NCBI GenBank assembly: GCA_020636545.1
Contig: JACJXS010000008.1
Coordinates: 72,359 to 136,358 of the forward strand
Source: Chitinophagales bacterium
GTDB lineage: Bacteria > Bacteroidota > Bacteroidia > Chitinophagales > JADIYW01
Reading direction: 5' to 3'
Length of the DNA stretch: 64,000 nt
Shown here: one piece after another, positions 19,435-27,799 of the stretch
Layout: each line of letters opens with the position of its first letter
How positions within the stretch are numbered: position 1 is the first letter of the stretch
Translations under genes and position numbers: made by a program
Notes under the pieces: model-generated
The model's database searches: none
What the model was told of the DNA's origin: nothing
Seen by the model: only the letters and a program-made list of their open reading frames with translations

Positions 19435-19451
19435 AGCAATTTTCGTGCCAA
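19435..19451 (-). promoter_or_regulatory. Sigma-54 type -24/-12 promoter motif
   Basis: The minus strand reads TTGGCACGAAAATTGCT, which is TGGCACG-N4-TTGCT. This is an exact match to the RpoN consensus with canonical spacing. Confidence 0.5.
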
Positions 19452-19472
19452 TATTAAAGATTCAACAATTTT

Positions 19473-20507
19473 TTATTGATTTTTGTATTGTTTTTTCAGA
19501 ACCTCTCCTTTAATAACTTCTAATATTTGGTGTGCAATATTTACAACAAATTCACTATCAATTGAATGCATTTTACTTTGTAAATATATATTATCTAAAA
19601 CATCATTTGCGATATTTTCAATTACTTTTTGGTTTTCTGATTGGGTTATATCTAAAATAACTTTATCAACGACATTAAAAGTAACATCACTCACTGCATT
19701 ATCCAACATTTTTTGGAAAACACTGCCAAGTCCTGGTAAATACCTCAAGGTATCTATTTCTTTATTTTCTTGCAATGCTTGAATTACTTTAGTATCTAAA
19801 CTTCGTTTTAATTCGTGTCTATGTTTTTCATAAACCACTTCCACGGTATGACAGATAGTTTTTGCCAAAACCTCTATAACTTTTTCTTTTTGAGGTAATA
19901 TTATCTCCTCTATTATTTGATTTGAAAATGGGATACCTTTGTTCAATTCATCTTGTACGGAGCTTAGCGATTTTGCTATTACTAAATCGGATATTTCTTC
20001 AACAAAGATTGTTCTAAATCTTTTGTATTGCTTATAAACTCTAGTGGCACTCAAATCAATAACACCCATGTTTTGAAGCTTTATAAACATTCCTACAAGT
20101 CTAAATAATCTTAATAGTTTGAAAGCTCCTTTCATTGGCACTAAGCCTAAAACGTCGTACCAATGTATAAAAGGGTAAAACCACCAAATATCATAAGTAT
20201 TGTGGCGAATGGCACGTCCCCATCTAAATATAAATTCTATCAAGAAAATGGCAACAAATATCAAATCCCAATCTGCAAAATTTGGATGAACTTTTTGTTC
20301 GTACCAATTGTAAAAGACAGGGGAGATATAATAAATTAAATCCCTGAAAAGAGAAAACTTGAATGACCAGTCAAAACCAAAAAAAATCAAATTTTGAATA
20401 ACTAACCAAATCATAAAAACATCTAACCAGAAAAGTCCAATTCGGTCTGATGTTTTAAATTTTTCAGTATCTACCTTTAAAAATAACTTTATTTTATCTC
20501 CAATCAT
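19473..20507 (-). CDS. Voltage-sensor-domain (S1-S4) like membrane protein with a helical cytoplasmic C-domain and no pore module
   Basis: S2-like DLIFVAIFLIEFIFRWGRA, S3-like HWYDVLGLVP, S4-like KLLRLFRLVGMFIK. No hydrophobic segment follows S4. Confidence 0.55.
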   Translation of the reverse strand: MIGDKIKLFLKVDTEKFKTSDRIGLFWLDVFMIWLVIQNLIFFGFDWSFKFSLFRDLIYYISPVFYNWYEQKVHPNFADWDLIFVAIFLIEFIFRWGRAIRHNTYDIWWFYPFIHWYDVLGLVPMKGAFKLLRLFRLVGMFIKLQNMGVIDLSATRVYKQYKRFRTIFVEEISDLVIAKSLSSVQDELNKGIPFSNQIIEEIILPQKEKVIEVLAKTICHTVEVVYEKHRHELKRSLDTKVIQALQENKEIDTLRYLPGLGSVFQKMLDNAVSDVTFNVVDKVILDITQSENQKVIENIANDVLDNIYLQSKMHSIDSEFVVNIAHQILEVIKGEVLKKQYKNQ

Positions 20508-20603
20508 TTAGCATTCTTTTAGGCTATAAAAATAAAAAAGTAATTAACCCAATCATAATAAAAAAACAAACACTTACTTTGTTGATAACTAATCTCAAAT
20601 CCT

Positions 20604-20611
20604 TATCTTTG
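20604..20611 (+). promoter_or_regulatory. Bacteroidota-type -7 promoter box (TAnnTTTG)
   Basis: TATCTTTG lies 17 nt upstream of the carB ATG. Confidence 0.45.
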
Positions 20612-20627
20612 TGCAACTTCTAATATT

Positions 20628-22268
20628 ATGCCAAAAGATACATCTATCAAATCAGTTTTAATTATAGGTAGCGGTCCTATTGTTATCGGTCAAGCTTGTG
20701 AATTTGATTATTCTGGTACACAAGCTTCTCGCTCATTAAGAGAAGAAGGAATTGAGGTAACTTTAATCAATTCTAACCCTGCTACAATAATGACGGATAG
20801 TGTTACTGCAGATTATATTTATCTTTTGCCTTTGACAGTAGATTCTATTGAAAAGATTCTGCAAGAAAGACAAATTGATTGTGTTTTGCCTACAATGGGT
20901 GGGCAAACAGCCTTGAATTTATGTAAAGAAGCTGCTGAAATTGGAATTTGGGATAAATATAATGTACGTGTAATTGGTGTCGATTTAGAAGTAATTGAAA
21001 CTACTGAAAATAGAGAAGCATTTAGAAAATATTGCATTGATTTAGGACTTTCTGTTGCTCCATCAATTATTGCTAATTCTATGTTGGAAGGAAAAGATGC
21101 TGCTCAAAAAATAGGATTTCCATTAGTAATTCGTCCATCTTATACTTTAGGAGGAAGTGGCGGTGGATTTTGTCATAAACCTGAAGAGTTTGAAAAAGCA
21201 TTAGCCCATGGTTTAAAAAGTTCTCCAGTACACGAAGTGTTAATAGAGAAGGCAGTTCTTGGTTGGAAAGAATTTGAATTAGAATTATTGAGAGATGCAA
21301 ATGATAACGTTGTTATTATTTGTACGGTGGAAAATTTAGATCCAATGGGTGTACATACTGGTGATTCTATTACAGTTGCACCAGCAATGACTTTGCCTGA
21401 TACTGCTTATCAGGAAATGAGAAATCAGGCTATCAAATTATTGAGAGGCTTAGGTAATTTTTCAGGTGGCTGTAATGTGCAATTTGCTTTAGATCCAAAA
21501 ACTGAGAATTTAATTGTTATTGAAATTAATCCAAGGGTTTCTCGTTCTTCTGCTTTAGCGTCAAAAGCGACAGGATATCCAATCGCAAAAATTGCTGCTA
21601 AATTGGCTATCGGTTATCATTTAGATGAATTAAAAAATCAAATTACTAAAACAACGTCTGCTTATTTTGAGCCAGCTTTAGATTATGTGATAGTGAAAAT
21701 CCCAAGATGGAATTTTAGCAAATTTCCAGGTTGCGATACAACACTTGGATTACAAATGAAAGCAGTTGGTGAAGTAATGGGCATTGGAAGGAATTTTTCG
21801 GAAGCACTTCAAAAAGCTTGTCAATCATTAGAAGATAATAAAATTGGTTTGGGTGCAGATGGTGGAAGTAGTGGAAATACGGAGCAATTATTAGCAAGTT
21901 TAGAGCATCCAAGTTGGGATAGAATATTTAAAATTAGAGAAGCGATAGATTTGGGAGTTCCATTGAGTACAATACATAAATTGACACAGATAGATAATTG
22001 GTTCTTGATGCAAATTCAAGATTTATCAAAATTAGATAAAGAAATAAAAAAATATACTTTAGATACTATCCCTGTTGATGTCTTAAAGTTAGCAAAAAAC
22101 AAAGGTTATAGTGATGCTCAGTTGGCTTATTTATTAGGTAGAATTGATGAAGACTTGGTATATGAAAAACGCAAAGCATTAGGTATTCAGAGAGTGTATA
22201 AAATGGTGGATACTTGTGCGGCTGAATTTGAAGCACATACACCTTATTTTTATTCGACTTTTGAATAA
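20628..22268 (+). CDS. carB: Carbamoyl-phosphate synthase large subunit, N-terminal half only (carboxyphosphate plus oligomerisation domains)
   Basis: VLIIGSGPIVIGQACEFDYSGTQA and ATP-grasp motifs. It ends ...VDTCAAEFEAHTPYFYSTFE-stop, at the boundary where full-length CarB starts its second half. Confidence 0.85.
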   Translation: MPKDTSIKSVLIIGSGPIVIGQACEFDYSGTQASRSLREEGIEVTLINSNPATIMTDSVTADYIYLLPLTVDSIEKILQERQIDCVLPTMGGQTALNLCKEAAEIGIWDKYNVRVIGVDLEVIETTENREAFRKYCIDLGLSVAPSIIANSMLEGKDAAQKIGFPLVIRPSYTLGGSGGGFCHKPEEFEKALAHGLKSSPVHEVLIEKAVLGWKEFELELLRDANDNVVIICTVENLDPMGVHTGDSITVAPAMTLPDTAYQEMRNQAIKLLRGLGNFSGGCNVQFALDPKTENLIVIEINPRVSRSSALASKATGYPIAKIAAKLAIGYHLDELKNQITKTTSAYFEPALDYVIVKIPRWNFSKFPGCDTTLGLQMKAVGEVMGIGRNFSEALQKACQSLEDNKIGLGADGGSSGNTEQLLASLEHPSWDRIFKIREAIDLGVPLSTIHKLTQIDNWFLMQIQDLSKLDKEIKKYTLDTIPVDVLKLAKNKGYSDAQLAYLLGRIDEDLVYEKRKALGIQRVYKMVDTCAAEFEAHTPYFYSTFE

Positions 22269-22286
22269 ATTCTACTACAACTCTAA

Positions 22287-22772
22287 TTATTTCAAAAAAC
22301 GATTAAGCCAGCTGTCTTTTAAAGCAGATTGCCATTTTGTATCAAATAATTCCTTAGTACTTACGGTATTATCAAAAACAGTTGTTGATGCATCAACTTT
22401 TCCATCTTGAATAAGTTTTGTAAAATCATTCATCTGTACAACTTGGGTTTGTCCATTATTCAAATATGCCAAGTTCATTCGGTTCATTAGTTCAATCTGT
22501 AAATCTTGTTCTAATTCTTTGATAACACGAATTAATTTTCCTGGAGCAGAACCACATAATCTATCTCCTTCTTCATCAACAAAGAAAACTAAGAATAAAT
22601 TGTGTAAAATGGTATAATCTGATTTGACAATTTTTCCATGCGAATCCCAATTTTCTAAAAATGTATCGGTATATTTTTTTATTGTTTCAAAATCTGATTC
22701 AGTCAATAGTCGAGAAGATTGAAAAACCCAAACCTTACTATTACTTGGAAATGATGTATATGATGTACGCAT
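22287..22772 (-). CDS. Conserved hypothetical protein
   Basis: About 161 aa from MRTSYTSF... A TAGTTTTG -7 box at 22806-22813 (minus strand) lies inside the longer track ORF, so ATG 22772 is favoured. Confidence 0.5.
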   Translation of the reverse strand: MRTSYTSFPSNSKVWVFQSSRLLTESDFETIKKYTDTFLENWDSHGKIVKSDYTILHNLFLVFFVDEEGDRLCGSAPGKLIRVIKELEQDLQIELMNRMNLAYLNNGQTQVVQMNDFTKLIQDGKVDASTTVFDNTVSTKELFDTKWQSALKDSWLNRFLK

Positions 22773-22873
22773 AATGATAATTTTTAGAATTAAATAATCT
22801 GAATGCAAAACTAATCAAATTCTTGCTCATTTTGTAGGTAATGTAGGAATGATAACTATTTCAACGCATAAAA

Positions 22874-22898
22874 AAAGCAAGGAAAAAATCCTTGCTTT
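22874..22898 (-). terminator. Rho-independent terminator of trpB
   Basis: On the minus strand, AAAGCAAGGA-ttttt-TCCTTGCTTT is followed by TTTT. It lies 29 nt past the stop at 22927. Confidence 0.75.
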
Positions 22899-22926
22899 AT
22901 ATACTATTCAAATGAATATTGAAAAA

Positions 22927-24144
22927 TTACATTTCTCTTTCTACATCTTTATCGCCTCTTCCTGAAAGGTTTACGATTGCTAATTGTCCTTTTCCTTTCA
23001 TTGTTTTTATTGCAATCGCTACTGCATGCGACGATTCGATGGCAGGAGTTATTCCTTCCAATCTTGATAATAAATTATAAGCCTCAACCGCTTCTGCATC
23101 TGTTACTGGTGCATAATCTGCTCTACCTGTATCTTTTAATAATGCATGTTGAGGAGAAATTCCTGGATAATCTAATCCCGCAGCAATGGATTGTGATGGA
23201 ATTGGATTTCCAGCCTCATCAACTAAGCAATAAGACATTGTGCCTTGAAAAACGGTTGGTTTTCCAAAAGTTAAAGTTGCTGCTGTATTTGGATAGGTAC
23301 CTGAACCTCCACCTTCGCCTCCGTGTATTTTTACGGTTTCATCTGCCAAGAAACCAGAGAATAAACCAATTGCATTAGAACCGCCACCAACTGCTGCAAA
23401 AATATGATCTGGTAATCGACCCTCTTCTTCTAAAATTTGTTGTCTAGCTTCATTGCCAATTACGGATTGAAAATAGCCTACAATTCTTGGATATGGATGT
23501 GGTCCAACTTGTGAACCTAAGCAGTAAAAAGAATCAGGATGTTCAATATAATAACCTAAAGCGGCATCAACAGCATCTTTTAATGTTCTACTGCCTAAAT
23601 TTGTTGGAATAACTTCTGCTCCTAATAATTTCATTCTTCGAACATTCAAAGCTTGTCTTTCTACATCAATTTCTCCCATAAAAACTTTGCAAGGAATGCC
23701 AAATAATGCAGCTGCGGTTGCTGTTGCAACACCATGCTGACCAGCACCAGTTTCTGCAATTACCTCAGTTGCTCCCATTCGCTTAGCCAACAAAAGTTGT
23801 CCTATGCAATTATTGATTTTGTGTGCACCTGTATGGTTTAAATCTTCTCTTTTTAAGTATATAGTTGAACCAACATAAGCACTTAAATTTTTTGCTAGAT
23901 ATAAAGGTGAAGGTCTGCCAACATATTGTTTGAGTATTTTGATATACTCTTGTTTAAAATCTTCTTTTCTAACTTCTTGGTCGAAGAAGTCTGCTAGTTT
24001 TTTTAAATTGGGTTCTAATACTGGTGGGATATAAGCACCACCATAAGGACCATAATTGCCATCATATTGCAACATGCTATCTAAGGGTCCAACTTGAATT
24101 TCTGCCATAATATTTTGTCTGTTTAAGGTATATTTAATAAGCAT
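22927..24144 (-). CDS. trpB: Tryptophan synthase beta chain, stand-alone
   Basis: LKREDLNHTGAHKINN (PLP lysine), ETGAGQHGVATA and GGGSNAIG. The likely start is ATG 24108 (MAEIQ...). No other trp gene is adjacent. Confidence 0.85.
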   Translation of the reverse strand: MLIKYTLNRQNIMAEIQVGPLDSMLQYDGNYGPYGGAYIPPVLEPNLKKLADFFDQEVRKEDFKQEYIKILKQYVGRPSPLYLAKNLSAYVGSTIYLKREDLNHTGAHKINNCIGQLLLAKRMGATEVIAETGAGQHGVATATAAALFGIPCKVFMGEIDVERQALNVRRMKLLGAEVIPTNLGSRTLKDAVDAALGYYIEHPDSFYCLGSQVGPHPYPRIVGYFQSVIGNEARQQILEEEGRLPDHIFAAVGGGSNAIGLFSGFLADETVKIHGGEGGGSGTYPNTAATLTFGKPTVFQGTMSYCLVDEAGNPIPSQSIAAGLDYPGISPQHALLKDTGRADYAPVTDAEAVEAYNLLSRLEGITPAIESSHAVAIAIKTMKGKGQLAIVNLSGRGDKDVEREM

Positions 24145-24374
24145 CTAAAATACAGTTAATTTTCAAAAAAACAAATCGCTATATAAAATTAAAGTACTTA
24201 GAAAGAATTTATAATCAAGTTTATCAAAAAACATAAATTTGGCACGAATAATTAAATTTTACCCATTTTATAAATAACCAAGATTAGATACCTTAAAATA
24301 CTTTAGTAAAATTTATGCAATAAATTAAAGTGATTATTTTTTACTAATTTTAGTAATGTAAAGCGAGTTTAAAG

Positions 24375-25667
24375 ATGAAAAAACTAATTATTGGGTTTGT
24401 GTTGCTTTTGATATTTGCGTATTTAAAAAAGCCTAAAGAAAGTAAATGTTCTTACATTCCTTATTTTCAAAAACTCAATACAATCATTAAGAATGAATAT
24501 GGTGGAGCTGCTCATGCAGTTTTGGATTTAGATAGATTAAACCATAATATCCATCAGATACAAAAAAATATTGGCAACAAATTTCAGTTACGTATCGTTA
24601 CAAAATCACTTCCATCTCTTGATTTGATAGATTATATTATGCAAAGAGCCAATACTAAAAAACTGATGGTATTTTCTGAAACGTTTACTAAAGAATTATT
24701 AGAGAAATATAAAAATGATAGCTTGGATATTTTGCTGGGTAAGCCACTCCCAATTGAGGCAGTTAAGCGTTTGTCTGAAAATCCAAAATGGGAGCAGATA
24801 CAATGGTTGATAGATACAGATACCAGATTGACTGAATATTTAGCATTAGCAAAGGAAAAAAATCAACGTTTAAAAATAGCGATTGAAATTAATGTTGGGT
24901 TGCAACGTGGCGGTTTAGACACGCCTGAGAAATTAGAGAAAATTATAAAATTCATTCTTTCAAACAGTGATTATTTAGAATTAACTGGTTTAATGGGTTA
25001 TGATGGACACGTTCCTTATGTGCCATTTTATATCAATAAGGAGAAAGCGATTGCCAAAGCATTTAAGCAAACACAAGAAACGTACAATAAATTTGTAGCA
25101 GTCATTGCAGCAAGCTATTCAGAAAATGAGTTAAAAAAAATGACTTTTAATAGTGGTGGCTCGAAAACTTATTTTCGATACAAAGAATATACTGGAAAAA
25201 TGTGGGTCAATGATATTGCAATGGGTTCTGGGTTTGTAGCACCTTATGATTTTTCAGAATTGTATGCAAAAGGACATTTACCTGCTTTGTTTTTAGTGTC
25301 TCCAATTTTGAAGAAAATAGAAAATGCAAAACTACCTCATGTAGAAAGGCTTTCAAAACTTATCAATTGGTGGAATCCAAATTTGTATAATTCATATTTT
25401 ATGTTGGGAGGAGGCTGGGCAGGCGAAACAATTGCTCCAACTGGTTTGTATCGCAATACTTTTTGGGACAGTGAACCGAAAACTGTGAAGAATATTTTAC
25501 CTAATCAAAGCATACTTAGTAGTTCAAAAGAAAGTCATTTAGAAGTTGGTGATTATGTTTTCACAAATCCTTGGGAAGGAGATGCCTTGCTTTATTTCAG
25601 GAAAATCTTATGTTATCAATCTCATCAAATCGTGGGACAATGGAACAATTTTGAAGGTGGTAATTAA
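24375..25667 (+). CDS. Alanine-racemase-fold (DSD1 / D-threonine aldolase-like) PLP enzyme with an N-terminal hydrophobic segment
   Basis: RIVTKSLPS candidate PLP-lysine region. A TIM-barrel-like N-domain is followed by a beta C-domain. N-terminus is MKKLIIGFVLLLIFAYL. Confidence 0.45.
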   Translation: MKKLIIGFVLLLIFAYLKKPKESKCSYIPYFQKLNTIIKNEYGGAAHAVLDLDRLNHNIHQIQKNIGNKFQLRIVTKSLPSLDLIDYIMQRANTKKLMVFSETFTKELLEKYKNDSLDILLGKPLPIEAVKRLSENPKWEQIQWLIDTDTRLTEYLALAKEKNQRLKIAIEINVGLQRGGLDTPEKLEKIIKFILSNSDYLELTGLMGYDGHVPYVPFYINKEKAIAKAFKQTQETYNKFVAVIAASYSENELKKMTFNSGGSKTYFRYKEYTGKMWVNDIAMGSGFVAPYDFSELYAKGHLPALFLVSPILKKIENAKLPHVERLSKLINWWNPNLYNSYFMLGGGWAGETIAPTGLYRNTFWDSEPKTVKNILPNQSILSSSKESHLEVGDYVFTNPWEGDALLYFRKILCYQSHQIVGQWNNFEGGN

Positions 25668-25781
25668 GCTAAAAAATGCACTATTGTGGGTTCGTATTTT
25701 AAGCCTTGCCTCATTATAGGGAAATTGTAACCGAACAAAATTTTGTAACTTGCAAAACAAATTATAGATCAAAAAAAACGA

Positions 25782-26450
25782 ATGGACGAATTAATACAAA
25801 ATATAAAAAATTTAGCCGAAGTTTATTCAGTAAACTTGAAAGGAAAAATTGAAGCAAGAACAGAAGAAATGAAAGCTGATGACAACTCTCATTATCTTAT
25901 TTATCGTGTTTTAGGCATTTCCTTACAAGAAGGACAACTTATTGACCAATATCAAAACACAGGACGATTTCTTTACAAGTATGCAGGATCATTTCTCGAA
26001 GAAGCAGCAACTTTATGTTTAAATTATAAATTTCCTGATGGAATAAAAACTAAAGTAGAAAACACGATAGGACAACGACCAAAAACATTTGAAATTGACT
26101 TTCTAAATGCCAATGACGCAATTGAAGTTAAATGGAGAGATGCTACTACTGATGGAGACCATATTACAAAAGAACATACGAGAGTTAAAGTAATTAGAGA
26201 ACATGGTTACAAACCTATTAGGGTTATGTTTTATTATCCTCAACGAGACCAAGCTATTAGAATCCAAGAAACTTTGAAAACACTTTATGCAGGTGTAGAA
26301 GGTGAATATTATGGTGGAAATGAAGCTTGGGAATACTTAAAAGCTTATTCAGGAGTTGACCTAAAAGCTATTTTGACACAGATTGCTAACGAAAATACAC
26401 CCGAATTGAAAATCACGAATACCATTAATAAAATAAAAAATCGTGAGTAA
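25782..26450 (+). CDS. Putative Type II restriction endonuclease (PD-(D/E)XK)
   Basis: FEIDFLNANDAIEVKW gives D-X8-E-V-K. Its stop overlaps or abuts the start of the methyltransferase gene. Confidence 0.55.
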   Translation: MDELIQNIKNLAEVYSVNLKGKIEARTEEMKADDNSHYLIYRVLGISLQEGQLIDQYQNTGRFLYKYAGSFLEEAATLCLNYKFPDGIKTKVENTIGQRPKTFEIDFLNANDAIEVKWRDATTDGDHITKEHTRVKVIREHGYKPIRVMFYYPQRDQAIRIQETLKTLYAGVEGEYYGGNEAWEYLKAYSGVDLKAILTQIANENTPELKITNTINKIKNRE

Positions 26451-27690
26451 AATGGAAACAAATAAAATCTATCACGGAAATTGTATTGAAAAGCTCAAAG
26501 AAATTGAAGCCAACAATGTTGACTTGATTTACTTTGACCCACCTTTTTTTACTCAACGTAAACACAGTCTTACAAATAAAGACAATTCTAAAACTTATGA
26601 ATTTGACGATAAATACAATTCTATTCAAGAGTATTTAGAACTTATTGAAAATGTTTTACAAGAATCAAAAAGAGTTTTAAAAAAAACAGGAAGTGTATTT
26701 CTTCATTGCGACAAAACGGCATCACACAATATTAGGGTTGTGATGGATAAGGTTTTTGGACGTGAAAATTTCCAAAGTGAAATTGTTTGGTCATACAAAA
26801 GATGGTCTAATGCGAAAAAAGGATTGTTAAATGCACATCAAGTAATTTTCTTTTATTCTAAAACGCTAGACTTTAAATTCAATACTCTTTATACAGATTA
26901 TTCAGCAACAACAAACCTTGACCAAATCTTACAAGATAGAGAACGTGATGAAAACGGAAAATCTGTATATAAAAAAGATAAAAATGGTAATGTGATTTTA
27001 GGTAAAGAGAAAAAAGGTGTCCCTCTTTCTGACGTTTGGGAAATTCCATACTTAAATCCAAAAGCAAAAGAAAGAACAGGATACCCAACTCAAAAACCAG
27101 TTTTATTACTCAATCAAATTTTAAATATCGTTACAGACGTAGGCGACTTGGTTGTTGATCCATTTTGTGGCAGCGGAACAACTTGTGTTTCAGCTAAATA
27201 TTTAAAAAGACAATTTATAGGAATTGATATTTCAAAGGATGCAGTTGGACTTGCAAATTCAAGATTAGAAGAAATGATAATTTCGGAATCTAATCTTTTA
27301 AACAAAGGAACAAGCGAGTATCAAGAGAAAACTGAAAAAGAACTAGCCATTTTACAAAACATAAATGCTTTTCCTGTTCAAAGAAATAGTGGTATTGATG
27401 GATTCTTAAAAGAACATTTTGAAGGTATACCAGTTCCAGTAAAAATTCAAGGAGAATATGAAACAATTGAAGATGCAATTGAAAAACTAGAAAAAGCTTC
27501 TTATGGCAAAAACTATAAAATGAAAATATTAATCCAAACAAGAGAAACAGGAATAAGCCAACTTTTTGGTTTTGAATCGGACGTAATAATAATGAAATCT
27601 CTTGAATTACAAACGAAAGAACTGCTGAAAATAAACAACGAAGATATAACTAGAATTTTACAAAATGGAGGGTTAAGTGCTAGATATTAG
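26443..27690 (+). CDS. Beta-class N6-adenine/N4-cytosine DNA methyltransferase (DPPF type) with an extra C-terminal domain of about 130 aa
   Basis: Motif IV FDPPF comes before motif I VVDPFCGSGTT (the beta-class order), and YPTQKP is present. GTG 26443 or ATG 26452 is the start. Confidence 0.85.
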   Translation: MSKMETNKIYHGNCIEKLKEIEANNVDLIYFDPPFFTQRKHSLTNKDNSKTYEFDDKYNSIQEYLELIENVLQESKRVLKKTGSVFLHCDKTASHNIRVVMDKVFGRENFQSEIVWSYKRWSNAKKGLLNAHQVIFFYSKTLDFKFNTLYTDYSATTNLDQILQDRERDENGKSVYKKDKNGNVILGKEKKGVPLSDVWEIPYLNPKAKERTGYPTQKPVLLLNQILNIVTDVGDLVVDPFCGSGTTCVSAKYLKRQFIGIDISKDAVGLANSRLEEMIISESNLLNKGTSEYQEKTEKELAILQNINAFPVQRNSGIDGFLKEHFEGIPVPVKIQGEYETIEDAIEKLEKASYGKNYKMKILIQTRETGISQLFGFESDVIIMKSLELQTKELLKINNEDITRILQNGGLSARY

Positions 27691-27799
27691 TGACTCTAGT
27701 GAACATCTGTACAAAAATCAGCCACTTTGTAAAGTCTGAAACAGCTATTCACACCAGTTATATATACTGAATTAAAATATACAATGTATATTGTATGTA

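Noticed and set aside
22977-23378. 133-aa plus-strand ORF
   Set aside because: It is antisense to trpB, which carries the PLP-lysine motif. The Leu-rich translation is spurious.
24238-24255. TTGGCACGAATAATTAAA, a strong sigma-54 -24 element (TGGCACG) upstream of the PLP-enzyme gene
   Set aside because: At the canonical spacing the -12 position reads TA instead of GC, so a functional RpoN promoter is not supported.
27310-27690. Possible Mrr-like nuclease motif (SGIDGF ... PVKIQ) in the methyltransferase C-terminal extension
   Set aside because: The order and spacing do not fit D...(D/E/Q)xK: K precedes Q and there is no acidic residue two positions before K. The domain remains unassigned rather than called a nuclease.
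27770-27795. ATACAAT-gtat-ATTGTAT hairpin between the methyltransferase and ndh 3' ends
   Set aside because: It is a 7-bp all-AT-rich stem without a convincing T-tract. The evidence is insufficient to call a terminator.
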